Source: Candidatus Microgenomatus sp. (lineage in GTDB: Bacteria > Patescibacteriota > Microgenomatia > UBA8517). Taken from it: 64,000 nt of DNA. This document shows, piece after piece, positions 27,942 through 36,837 of the stretch. Location of the stretch: NCBI GenBank assembly GCA_020724555.1, contig DYGT01000004.1, positions 9,564 through 73,563 on the forward strand, written 5' to 3'. Each line of letters begins with the position of its first letter. Within the stretch, counting starts at the first letter, position 1. Both the position numbers and the translations under genes were made by a program. The notes under the pieces were generated by a model. It searched no databases and had not been told where the DNA came from. It was given only the letters and a program-made list of their open reading frames with translations.

Positions 27942-28837
27942 TATATTTTTAGTTTCCGCTTAATTCTATTAATTACGCCGCCGTATTCCTCAACCAAAGT
28001 ATTGTTGTACCAATAGTGAAAACTTTTTTCGTTGTGCTTAAAAGCATTAATACTATCGGCTACTTTAATGGTTTTTTGCGGGAATTCGGCCATTTGCCAC
28101 AGTTTTAAATAAACTACAAGCTCGGAAACTGCTTGTAACAAAGATACGCCAAGTCCATGCACTCCGTCTTTATATCCCTGTCCATAAAAATAACGGCTTA
28201 AAAATTCTGCCGAGGGCTTTTCGATTAAAGCTTGCCAACTAAATTTTTTTTCTTGTTTATGTAAAAGTCGAGCTTGGACCGTAGTGTAGCGGTTCATGCG
28301 CTCGACGTATTGCTCAATTGAATCGTAATGGCGATGAATGATAGCCATATCCTCTTTGGCCTCAAGATCGAGCCCCCTGCCATGGGTCAAAGGTACTCCA
28401 TGAATAATCTCATTCCACAAAACGGCTCCTTTTTTAAAAAGACGGATATTATAATCCGGCCACCATCTGGAGTATTCAAGCCATTTACCAAAAACGATAT
28501 TTTTCCGCGGCAGACGGTAATAATCTGCCTCGGATTCAGCAATAATTTGCCTGATATTTTCCTGCAGTTTTGGGCTTATTCTTTCATCCGGGTCCAAAAT
28601 CAAAATCCAGGGGCCGTTTGCTTTTTCAATGCCGAAATTACGCGCCGGTTCTACATAGTCAAGCCTCTTATGCGGATAGACTGTGGCTCCCGCCTTTTGA
28701 GCTATCTCAGCGCTACCATCGCTTGATTCCATATCAATTACCACGATTTCATCGGCAAGTTTTTTAACCGAAGCTATTGCCTTTTTTAGGTTATCCTTTT
28801 CGTTTAAATTATTTATAACAACCGACAGCTTGGCCAT
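27941..28837 (-). CDS. GT2 glycosyltransferase (WaaE/KdtX-like subfamily)
   Basis: LSVVINNLNEKDNL; ADEIVVIDMESSDGSAEIA; ILDPDE. Confidence 0.8.
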   Translation of the reverse strand: MAKLSVVINNLNEKDNLKKAIASVKKLADEIVVIDMESSDGSAEIAQKAGATVYPHKRLDYVEPARNFGIEKANGPWILILDPDERISPKLQENIRQIIAESEADYYRLPRKNIVFGKWLEYSRWWPDYNIRLFKKGAVLWNEIIHGVPLTHGRGLDLEAKEDMAIIHRHYDSIEQYVERMNRYTTVQARLLHKQEKKFSWQALIEKPSAEFLSRYFYGQGYKDGVHGLGVSLLQAVSELVVYLKLWQMAEFPQKTIKVADSINAFKHNEKSFHYWYNNTLVEEYGGVINRIKRKLKI

Positions 28838-28868
28838 AATTTGATTTTATCACGCTGGCAACATTTAT

Positions 28869-30461
28869 TTATATACCATATACCAGCATTGCAATTGGGT
28901 AAGCGTTGACGTCGAAAATAGTTTCTGACCGAAAACCGGCAAGCCCGCCTTCTTGAAACTCATCCGGGCTTGCGACAAACAAAGTGTTTTCCATATTTTT
29001 ATCTACCTGCCAATTAAGGTCACGAAAAATAAATTTACCGAAATCAAATGAATGACGAGGCGTACCGATTGCCTCCAAGTCCAGCTCGCGATAATAACGC
29101 TCCGGATCAAACTTGCCATAAAAAAGGTAAAAAATATAAGGCTGGGCATGAGGGGAATCTATCAAAACCGTCTCAAAACTGCGCTCCATTGCCATAACCT
29201 TCGGAACGATTAAATCAAATCCCGGCTGCCAGTTGGGGCTATCGCGGTGTACCAGTTGGACATGGATTGAATCAAATACGTATATCGCCCTTGTAATTAA
29301 AAACCCGACTAAAGCTAAATATAAAAATATCTTCACACTCCGAATATTTAAAGAAAAAAAACGGATCAATTCATCAAGACCGATGGCAATAACTATACTA
29401 AACGTGACAAAAAGTGTGAGTGCCCTGCCCGGTTGGAACCAATTCCATGTCAATGCAGCAGGAATTGGCGCTAAAAATATTAAAGCCAGTAAGTATTTAT
29501 TCTTATATTTTTTTAGCAAAAGATAAAGCCCGACAGCCCAAGGAACAAACTCAAAAGGATGAAAAATAGAATTTCCCGCTAGTACCGTTGCGGGCTCCAG
29601 GGGCTCGCGGACAAAAAGGTTTGCAGGTGAAAAATATGCCATATAGCGCCCTACAATCTGCCAAAACATTTGATATACGGGGTTGGCAAAAACAAACTCT
29701 TTCAGGTTTGAGGGCAATCCGGTCCAAAGCGTAAAAATATGGGTTGAGCCTACCCTGGCAAACATTTGCCCTTTAAGCACAAAATACAAAAAAATCACAA
29801 AAAAGGCGGTTATTATCCCAAAACTTATACGCTTATACTTTGTGTGTAAACTTTTCAAATATTTACGGTCGCAGAAAAGCAAAAATGCCAGAAACAGTGG
29901 TACCAGCAATTTATTGGCATTATAAGTAAACCAGGATAATCCCATAAATAAAGCCGAAAAGACGATTAAATATGACCTTTTCTTTGCGGATATATAAAGC
30001 AACAGACCCATTAAAAGAAAAAACAGGGCAATATTTGCATCGTGATAAACACGGGCCATGTGTACTGCCCAAGGCTCAACGGCATATAAAAACGCGCTCA
30101 AAAGTGCGTATCTTGTGTTTTTAAAAAGAGTTAAAACCAAAAAGTACAACAAAATAATATTGATTGACCCCAAAATCGACGAAGGCAAACGCACCGCATT
30201 TTCCGTTAAACCAAAATAACTTATAAATGGAATCATTAAATAGCTCGGCAGAGCAGGCTTATATTCATCAAAAGATCTTGTAAAAACGGGCAGTCTTACT
30301 CCATACTCATCTTTACCGGTTTTCATGAGCGAATATGCGTTATAACCCCAGGCAGCTTCGTCCCAATTTAGCGTCGGAGGCGACGACGATAAACGATAAA
30401 TTCGCAAAAAGGCTCCTAGCACAAATATTAAAATTAAAATGAGAATACCCAATCTTTTCAT
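28869..30461 (-). CDS. GT39/PMT/ArnT-like GT-C membrane glycosyltransferase, family A paralog A7
   Basis: NWDEAAWGYNAYSLMKTGKDEYG; FDEYKPALPSYL; LAPIPAALTWNW. Confidence 0.7.
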   Translation of the reverse strand: MKRLGILILILIFVLGAFLRIYRLSSSPPTLNWDEAAWGYNAYSLMKTGKDEYGVRLPVFTRSFDEYKPALPSYLMIPFISYFGLTENAVRLPSSILGSINIILLYFLVLTLFKNTRYALLSAFLYAVEPWAVHMARVYHDANIALFFLLMGLLLYISAKKRSYLIVFSALFMGLSWFTYNANKLLVPLFLAFLLFCDRKYLKSLHTKYKRISFGIITAFFVIFLYFVLKGQMFARVGSTHIFTLWTGLPSNLKEFVFANPVYQMFWQIVGRYMAYFSPANLFVREPLEPATVLAGNSIFHPFEFVPWAVGLYLLLKKYKNKYLLALIFLAPIPAALTWNWFQPGRALTLFVTFSIVIAIGLDELIRFFSLNIRSVKIFLYLALVGFLITRAIYVFDSIHVQLVHRDSPNWQPGFDLIVPKVMAMERSFETVLIDSPHAQPYIFYLFYGKFDPERYYRELDLEAIGTPRHSFDFGKFIFRDLNWQVDKNMENTLFVASPDEFQEGGLAGFRSETIFDVNAYPIAMLVYGI

Positions 30462-31979
30462 TTATTTATATTTAATTACCCACAGGCTATCCCCCATTTC
30501 GGGGTTATTAATGGAAATATTTTCTATTTTTTCATCCGGCTTAAAATTACCTCCAAACTCACCGGGAAACCCAACCCAAATCTGTCCTTGTCTTTTGTCT
30601 TCTTTTTGAAAATCAAAGGAGCGATAAGTTACGTTACCCACCGATTCAATCCTTTGCCGACCATCCGGGGTAGTTATCCCAAGTACACGCTTGTTGTAAA
30701 AATCATCTCTTCCGACTTGTTCATAAAATAAATAAAAATAAATGCCTTCGCCTATCCTGTCGGTTATAATTATCTGATTTTGTGAAATTTCCTCTTCGCT
30801 TATCCGCTCCCAGATTTCCCGGCTGCCGCGCGCCAGGCTTGTTTGCCATGGCGCATTCCTAAAAATATGTAAAAAATTAGCAAAAGAAAATATGACCAAA
30901 ACCAAAAAGGCATATTTATAAAGCTTTTTTATTTTTAAGTTTTCGACGAGCTGACTATATGCCAATAAAAATATGGGAATTAAAAGCCCAAAGGCACCGG
31001 TTCCCCAAAAAAAGTACCCCAAAAATACAAAAACACAAAATGCTTTAATTTTTGGGTTTGCATTTTTAAATAATAAATATAATCCATAAATCAGCAGTGG
31101 TACTTCCCAAAAATATAACCAGGGCAGGGGCGTGAATAAATTCTGCTTTGCCAAGATAGTGTTTGCTTTATCAAAACTGGTTAAATATTCATAATCAAAA
31201 ATGTTTGCAAACCACACAAACACTCTTCTAATAATAAAACTGGGTTTGTTGTAAAACAGTCGATTAAAGTTAAACGAGTCCGTAATTAAGGGCGAATCAT
31301 GGATAACCCCGTAAGATAAATTATTATCCAAGGTAAAAACATAAGAACTGGGGTGAATAAACTTAATGATACTTGTTTGATAAATAAAATTTTTCAACGG
31401 AGTTGAAATAATTATGAAAAGTAGTGCTAAAGGTATCAGCACAAAAACCGGGCGTTTTAGAGCCAACCCGGTGCTTACTAGGATAATAAAAACGATGTTA
31501 TAAAAAGAAGTAAAAAACAAAAGAATCAGTAAAAAAAATAATTTTACATCTTCCTTTTTAAGCAAATTATCCAAAAACAAAAGCATTAATCCAAAAGTAA
31601 AAATCAAACCAAAATCATCAGTGCTAACCCTGATAAAAGATATCAAAAACGCCGTCACAACGACTAATAAGTTTGCCTGTTTTTTATTTTTAATAATGTT
31701 TGGGGAAACTCTCCAAACTATAAACAACGAAAATATTCCGGCAATTAGATTCGGTAACCTCACGGCAAAGGTGTTTAAACCAAATAGTTTAATGCTTAAT
31801 GCTTTCAAATAAACTCCAAGCGTCGAAACATAATAATTGTCCGTCCGGTATAATATTTTTGGTTCGAAAATAAATGCCGTATATCCTTCTTTAACTTCCT
31901 CGTATGACAAGGGGTAATTAATAGCGATATGTGTTAAAAAAAATATTAGAAGTGCGACAAAAAAATATATTTTTTTCAT
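30462..31979 (-). CDS. Divergent family A-like polytopic membrane protein (A9). The canonical DE is replaced by EE.
   Basis: FGLNTFAVRLPNLIAGIFSLFIV matches the family A segment FGL..AVRLP..L.G. 505 aa, polytopic. It lacks the DEAxxGYNAYS motif. Confidence 0.45.
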   Translation of the reverse strand: MKKIYFFVALLIFFLTHIAINYPLSYEEVKEGYTAFIFEPKILYRTDNYYVSTLGVYLKALSIKLFGLNTFAVRLPNLIAGIFSLFIVWRVSPNIIKNKKQANLLVVVTAFLISFIRVSTDDFGLIFTFGLMLLFLDNLLKKEDVKLFFLLILLFFTSFYNIVFIILVSTGLALKRPVFVLIPLALLFIIISTPLKNFIYQTSIIKFIHPSSYVFTLDNNLSYGVIHDSPLITDSFNFNRLFYNKPSFIIRRVFVWFANIFDYEYLTSFDKANTILAKQNLFTPLPWLYFWEVPLLIYGLYLLFKNANPKIKAFCVFVFLGYFFWGTGAFGLLIPIFLLAYSQLVENLKIKKLYKYAFLVLVIFSFANFLHIFRNAPWQTSLARGSREIWERISEEEISQNQIIITDRIGEGIYFYLFYEQVGRDDFYNKRVLGITTPDGRQRIESVGNVTYRSFDFQKEDKRQGQIWVGFPGEFGGNFKPDEKIENISINNPEMGDSLWVIKYK

Positions 31980-33658
31980 TTAACTTCGTAGATCGTCACC
32001 CGGCTATTTTTGTAAATTTCTTCTATCCCGAGTTGGGTTTCTCCCAAAACTGCCCGCTGCCCATAAAGCCAGTAAATATAAGAAATGTTGTTATCCCTTA
32101 AAAAATTGTAAACAAAGCCATGGTCTTGGCTATTTAACCATTCTTCCACGCTTTCGCGTCTTTTAACCCAATCGTAGCCGGTAATGGTCAAGTTTACTTC
32201 ATCTTCCAAAAATACGGGCTTTTTCGAAAAAGAAGATACATAAGCACTACTTACATATGCGTATAACGGCACCGGAGGCACCATTTTGTCTTTAAGCAAA
32301 GGATCATAAGGATAAGTCAGGACAACGCCTTCCGGTTCATTGGCTAAAAATTGCAAAGCCTCAAATTCTTCTCGCAGCAAGGCTGCGGGTGGTACTTTTG
32401 TTAAGTAATGATATTTTAAAGTAGCAATACTCGTTGGTATTGTAAAAATTATTATCAAAGTAGTAAATAAAATAGCGGCCTTGCGGGGTAATTTTTTGTT
32501 TATACCAGACAAGACAATACCGGCTAAAATAGCCATAAAAAATTGCGCATAATATAAAAACTGTATCGTATTCCAGGCTGTGCCCTTTTGCAAAAAAATC
32601 ATTGGAGCTGCTATCCCGCCGAGAATAATCAAGGCGGAAATTATACTTTCCATTTCATATTTTTTTTCTTTAATTCTAAAAAAATACAATAAACCGAGAA
32701 GTTTTGTACTAAAGTTCCCCAAAATAAAAATGACAAATGCCCCTATATAAGAAGCAACCAATTTTAGATACACCCCTTGGGATTTATAGGCCGTCATGGC
32801 CTCGAAATAGCGTTGCCAACCAAAGCGGTCCGAAAGTCCCATCATTGTTTCTAAAAACCAAAAAGGCTTAATCACCAGAAGCCCGGATGAATTCCGATTA
32901 AGCGGTATAAATAAAATTAAGGATAAAACCAAAGACGCTAAAAATACAAAAAATTCTGAAAACTTTTTATTTTTAAAATAGCGGTATAAAGAATAGATAA
33001 ACAAAGCTGATAAAAGCAGTACCCCGGCGTACGCTTTAATTGATAAAAGAACCGAAAAACAAGTAGTGGCACCCCATGCCGTTTTGTTTTTTTTAGTTTT
33101 TAAATAAGATTGATAAAAAATAAGCCCCAAAAGCAGAATGATTAAAGACATGGCATAGGGAGGATTTATGAGCGTCGAAATTGCCTGTTGTGACCAAAAC
33201 ATAGACTCACCGTCAAAATTACCGTTTCTTATAAAACTTACAAGCCAGCCCAATGAGCCGCCAAAATATATAAAAAACAAACTCCAGTTCGCACTATCCC
33301 TACCCCGCCAATTTCCAACAAAGATATAAGTCAAGACACCGATAAGCAGCGAAAATAAGACAGGAATTATTTGAAAATATAAATATCTGACCGGAATTCT
33401 TGTCAACGCGTGTAAGATAGCAACAAAGATATCAAAACCTATATGGTAATTTCTTATACTTTCACCGGCAAAAATGGGCATTTCCAAACTCCCCTTTGCC
33501 AAAGATTCAATAATTGACATATGCCATATACCGTCATGTCCGTTCGGGCCCCAAAAACCAAGACCGTATTCATACATCAGACCTGAACGAACCATAACAA
33601 AGGACCAAGAGATACTGCCGATTAAGATAATAAATATGGTTAAGCGTTTTGCGCCCAT
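31976..33658 (-). CDS. Large polytopic membrane protein (560 aa), unclassified. Possible GT-C-like enzyme with a GHDGIWHMSIIESLAKG loop.
   Basis: About 13 hydrophobic segments. The loop motif is loosely reminiscent of family D DGxHYxxIAxxGY. Confidence 0.35.
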   Translation of the reverse strand: MGAKRLTIFIILIGSISWSFVMVRSGLMYEYGLGFWGPNGHDGIWHMSIIESLAKGSLEMPIFAGESIRNYHIGFDIFVAILHALTRIPVRYLYFQIIPVLFSLLIGVLTYIFVGNWRGRDSANWSLFFIYFGGSLGWLVSFIRNGNFDGESMFWSQQAISTLINPPYAMSLIILLLGLIFYQSYLKTKKNKTAWGATTCFSVLLSIKAYAGVLLLSALFIYSLYRYFKNKKFSEFFVFLASLVLSLILFIPLNRNSSGLLVIKPFWFLETMMGLSDRFGWQRYFEAMTAYKSQGVYLKLVASYIGAFVIFILGNFSTKLLGLLYFFRIKEKKYEMESIISALIILGGIAAPMIFLQKGTAWNTIQFLYYAQFFMAILAGIVLSGINKKLPRKAAILFTTLIIIFTIPTSIATLKYHYLTKVPPAALLREEFEALQFLANEPEGVVLTYPYDPLLKDKMVPPVPLYAYVSSAYVSSFSKKPVFLEDEVNLTITGYDWVKRRESVEEWLNSQDHGFVYNFLRDNNISYIYWLYGQRAVLGETQLGIEEIYKNSRVTIYEVK

Positions 33659-34527
33659 GCTTCAAATTCTCCTGTATAAGCACGAAAGGAATAATTATTT
33701 ATACCCAATTTTATTGATAATTTTTTAAGATTTTCAAATATAAACGGGGAGTAATATTTAAGCCTGTTAAAAACATACTCAACACTTAAAACATGATAAG
33801 TTGTACTAATTTCTATATTTTTGAAACCAGCAAGTTCCAAAGCTTTACGCATGGATTGTTTATTAAAATAAGTCACATGCTCACCGGGTTTATAATGGTA
33901 CCACAACGAGCGCAAAATTTTTGCCCAATAGCCTCCTATATCACAGGTAATTAATAAAAGTATGCCGTTATTTTTTAAATATTTTCTGGCAAAACGAAGT
34001 TCCTCCACGGGATCTATAATATGCTCAATTACATCCTGGTAAATTATTACGTCATAAGTTCCCCTAAGTTTTGCTTTTCTTAAAGGGCCTTTATACACTT
34101 TTAAATTTCTTTTTCTGGCCTGAGATCTGGCAAATGCGGACACTTCCACGCCGTGCGCTTTGCTCCACCCCATTTTTTTTGCCTCAACCAGGCAATCGCC
34201 AAAAGCGCATCCTACGTCTAAAATGCTTCCTTTTCCGTATTTTTTAGCAATTTTTTCTAAACGGTGGCGAAATGTTTTTTTACTAATCTTCATCCCTTCA
34301 TAATAATTCGCGTAACCGCCTTTGGGATTATCATTAATATAATATGACCTATCATACTGCGCTAATAAATCGTCAGCGGGTGTGTGATCCCAGACCATAG
34401 AACATTTTTTGCACCTACTTAAACGGTAACCCTGCATTGCCCAATACTTTTCCCTGTCTCGGCTTCCACACACCGGACAGGAATCAATTGTTTTTAACGG
34501 TATTTCTGATAATTTTTTTGGCATCAT
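33640..34527 (-). CDS. Class I SAM-dependent methyltransferase with an N-terminal CxxC...CxxC zinc ribbon
   Basis: CPVCGS...CKKCSMVW; ILDVGCAFGDCL; YDVIIYQDVIEHIIDP. Confidence 0.8.
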   Translation of the reverse strand: MMPKKLSEIPLKTIDSCPVCGSRDREKYWAMQGYRLSRCKKCSMVWDHTPADDLLAQYDRSYYINDNPKGGYANYYEGMKISKKTFRHRLEKIAKKYGKGSILDVGCAFGDCLVEAKKMGWSKAHGVEVSAFARSQARKRNLKVYKGPLRKAKLRGTYDVIIYQDVIEHIIDPVEELRFARKYLKNNGILLLITCDIGGYWAKILRSLWYHYKPGEHVTYFNKQSMRKALELAGFKNIEISTTYHVLSVEYVFNRLKYYSPFIFENLKKLSIKLGINNYSFRAYTGEFEAWAQNA

Positions 34528-35965
34528 AAATTAAGCTTTTTCCGATTATTAAATATGAAAAAATTAAATAAAATATTCCACCGCTTCCTACCATAAATAC
34601 AAAATTAAACCAATTTGCCGACAGCCGGTTGACTAAAACAAATAAATATATCCCCATACTAATCGCAGATACAAAAGGCGCCGCTGCTTTTAGGATAGAA
34701 AAATCTACATATTTTTTCCCTACCCATATGGCCACAACAGAACTTAACCCTACCAATGCGTATCCGGCAGATGCTCCTAAAACATCCCATTTTATAGCCA
34801 AAATCGGCACTAAAATAACAGTCAGGATTGTATACATTATCGTAATCTTAATAGTTGTCTTCACTCTGCCAATGGCGGTAAGCATATTTGATATTTGCGT
34901 AGCAAAAGCGGCAAACAAAACATTAAAAGCTACAAACCACATTAACGGAGCCGCCGGTGCCCATTTTTGATATCTGGGAAGGATTATCATCAAATCCGGC
35001 GCCAGCAACAAAAAGCCAATGACGCTTGGATATACCAAAAAAGTTATAAACATGATTGAACGCGTGACAACTTTTGCCAGCTCGATTTTGTTGTCCTGCA
35101 TACGGGAAAATGCCGGAAAAGAAACTTTGGTAACGTTGTCCATAAAAAGCCGGAGTGGTATTTGTGTTAACCGCATAGCCGTTCCCAAGTAGCCGACGGC
35201 CGCTTGGCTTAAGATGCCTCCAAGCAAAAGAATAACCCCCTGGTCTTTCAAAACGGAGATAAAAGTATTAATTTGATACGGAATACCGAATTGCAAAAGA
35301 CCCTTAAGTGCCTTTCGGGAAAATGCGATACCCGGCATCCACGGCTCAAGAATATAAATAGTAACAAGTCCTACAACACCGCGGATAAGAACAGCATATG
35401 TAAAACTTCTAAGTCCCAAACCCGTATAAGCAAAATAAACCAAAGACACGTTATAAAATAAATTTTCTAATATTTCGGGCAGTACAAATTTTCCAAATTC
35501 AAGCTTACGCTCCAACAAAACCGAGGGAATGCTTTTTAAAGAAGAAAAAAACAAAGAAAAGCCCAAAGCAAAGAGCAAATATTTCCCCTCAGTGCTTAGA
35601 TCATAAGCTTTTATAACAAGCGGACTTGATAAAAAAAGTATCAAAATCAAAACTATTACCAAGCCTTGCTGAACGGTAAAGGTGGTTTTTAGTTCCAAAT
35701 CGCTTAACTTTTCTTTTTTCTGGATCAGTGCTGCTGCCAAACCCACGTCTGAAAAATACATTAGAAAATAGACAAAGGCGTTTACTATGTAATAAACCCC
35801 GATTTCCTGCGGATCCAAAAAGGCCAAAAGTAAAAGCTGGGAAACGGTGGTAATTGCATTTAACAAAAACCCTCGACCGGTCAAAATTGCCACCCCCCTG
35901 ACCGCTCTTTTTTTAACGGTATCTAAGTTAAGCTCGATGGCGTTATCTAAATTCTGCTCTTCCAC
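34484..35965 (-). CDS. PST-family oligosaccharide/polysaccharide flippase (Wzx-like)
   Basis: RGVAILTGRGFLLNAITTVSQLLLLAFLDPQEIGVYYIVNAFVYFLMYFSDVGLAAALIQ is a typical Polysacc_synt N-terminus. 493 aa, about 14 TM segments. Confidence 0.8.
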   Translation of the reverse strand: MEEQNLDNAIELNLDTVKKRAVRGVAILTGRGFLLNAITTVSQLLLLAFLDPQEIGVYYIVNAFVYFLMYFSDVGLAAALIQKKEKLSDLELKTTFTVQQGLVIVLILILFLSSPLVIKAYDLSTEGKYLLFALGFSLFFSSLKSIPSVLLERKLEFGKFVLPEILENLFYNVSLVYFAYTGLGLRSFTYAVLIRGVVGLVTIYILEPWMPGIAFSRKALKGLLQFGIPYQINTFISVLKDQGVILLLGGILSQAAVGYLGTAMRLTQIPLRLFMDNVTKVSFPAFSRMQDNKIELAKVVTRSIMFITFLVYPSVIGFLLLAPDLMIILPRYQKWAPAAPLMWFVAFNVLFAAFATQISNMLTAIGRVKTTIKITIMYTILTVILVPILAIKWDVLGASAGYALVGLSSVVAIWVGKKYVDFSILKAAAPFVSAISMGIYLFVLVNRLSANWFNFVFMVGSGGIFYLIFSYLIIGKSLIYDAKKIIRNTVKNN

Positions 35966-36015
35966 TTGATAATTGTATCATCCGGTTTGATGTAAAATAA
36001 ATCTAGTTTAAAATA

Positions 36016-36837
36016 ATGATTCGCCTAAAAAATATTTACAATAAAACAAAACTTCCTGTCTTGGTTTTTCTTTCAATAATTTTTTGGCCACTTAATCTTT
36101 TCATCAACAATTCTCCGAAAACTTTTTTGGTATCCGTAGCTCCGGCAATACTCACAGCTTTGTCTTATCAAGAGCCGTTATTTCTGCTTTTTATTCCCAT
36201 AATTTCTCCTAAATTGTTACTATTTCCGCTTATATTCATCCTGGTGGTGTTTTATTTCAAAAAAATATCTAAAACCAACGTCTTTTTATTTTTAATATTT
36301 TACTCATTCATCTTTTTATTAAGATGGCCTGACTTTTATAACCAGTCTATTTTTCCTTATGACTATGAAGCTCAACAACAAGTAGTTCGGGACACACAAC
36401 TATATGACTCAGTGTTTTTGGCCAGATTATTTCACAATAAGGCAAAAATTAGGATTGATGATTTTAACACCAATCTGTTTTCGCTTCTGGACCCAAACAA
36501 TTATTTCTTCAATTTTCATCCACGCTTACCCCTCTCTCCCAACCAAATGCTGTCAAAATATGGCTTTGCTACCTTCGTACCACTCCTAATTGGTTTTATA
36601 AATTTAAATAAGATTAAGTATAAGGAATATTTGATAAGCGTTTTTATTGGCGCATTGGTCAGCCTGTCTTTTTTGAAAATTTTCGACGCGCACGATTTTA
36701 TCTTGTGGATACCGCTTTCTATTCTAATTTCATCCGGTTTATCAAAAATTGATAATTTATCAAATAGAAAAAATTACTTTGGGGAAATTTATGCAGTAGT
36801 TTTATTAATTGAACTAGTCAGATTGGTAATTAAATGA
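36016..36837 (+). CDS. Half-size family A derivative (273 aa), homologous to the central region of the GT39-like paralogs and lacking the DE N-terminus and C-terminal domain
   Basis: ARLFHNKAKIRIDDFNTNLFSLLDPNNYFFNFHPRLPLSP parallels family A FHNK...FLFFTGDWQNPRHSPP. ATGA overlap with the downstream full-length A8. Confidence 0.5.
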   Translation: MIRLKNIYNKTKLPVLVFLSIIFWPLNLFINNSPKTFLVSVAPAILTALSYQEPLFLLFIPIISPKLLLFPLIFILVVFYFKKISKTNVFLFLIFYSFIFLLRWPDFYNQSIFPYDYEAQQQVVRDTQLYDSVFLARLFHNKAKIRIDDFNTNLFSLLDPNNYFFNFHPRLPLSPNQMLSKYGFATFVPLLIGFINLNKIKYKEYLISVFIGALVSLSFLKIFDAHDFILWIPLSILISSGLSKIDNLSNRKNYFGEIYAVVLLIELVRLVIK

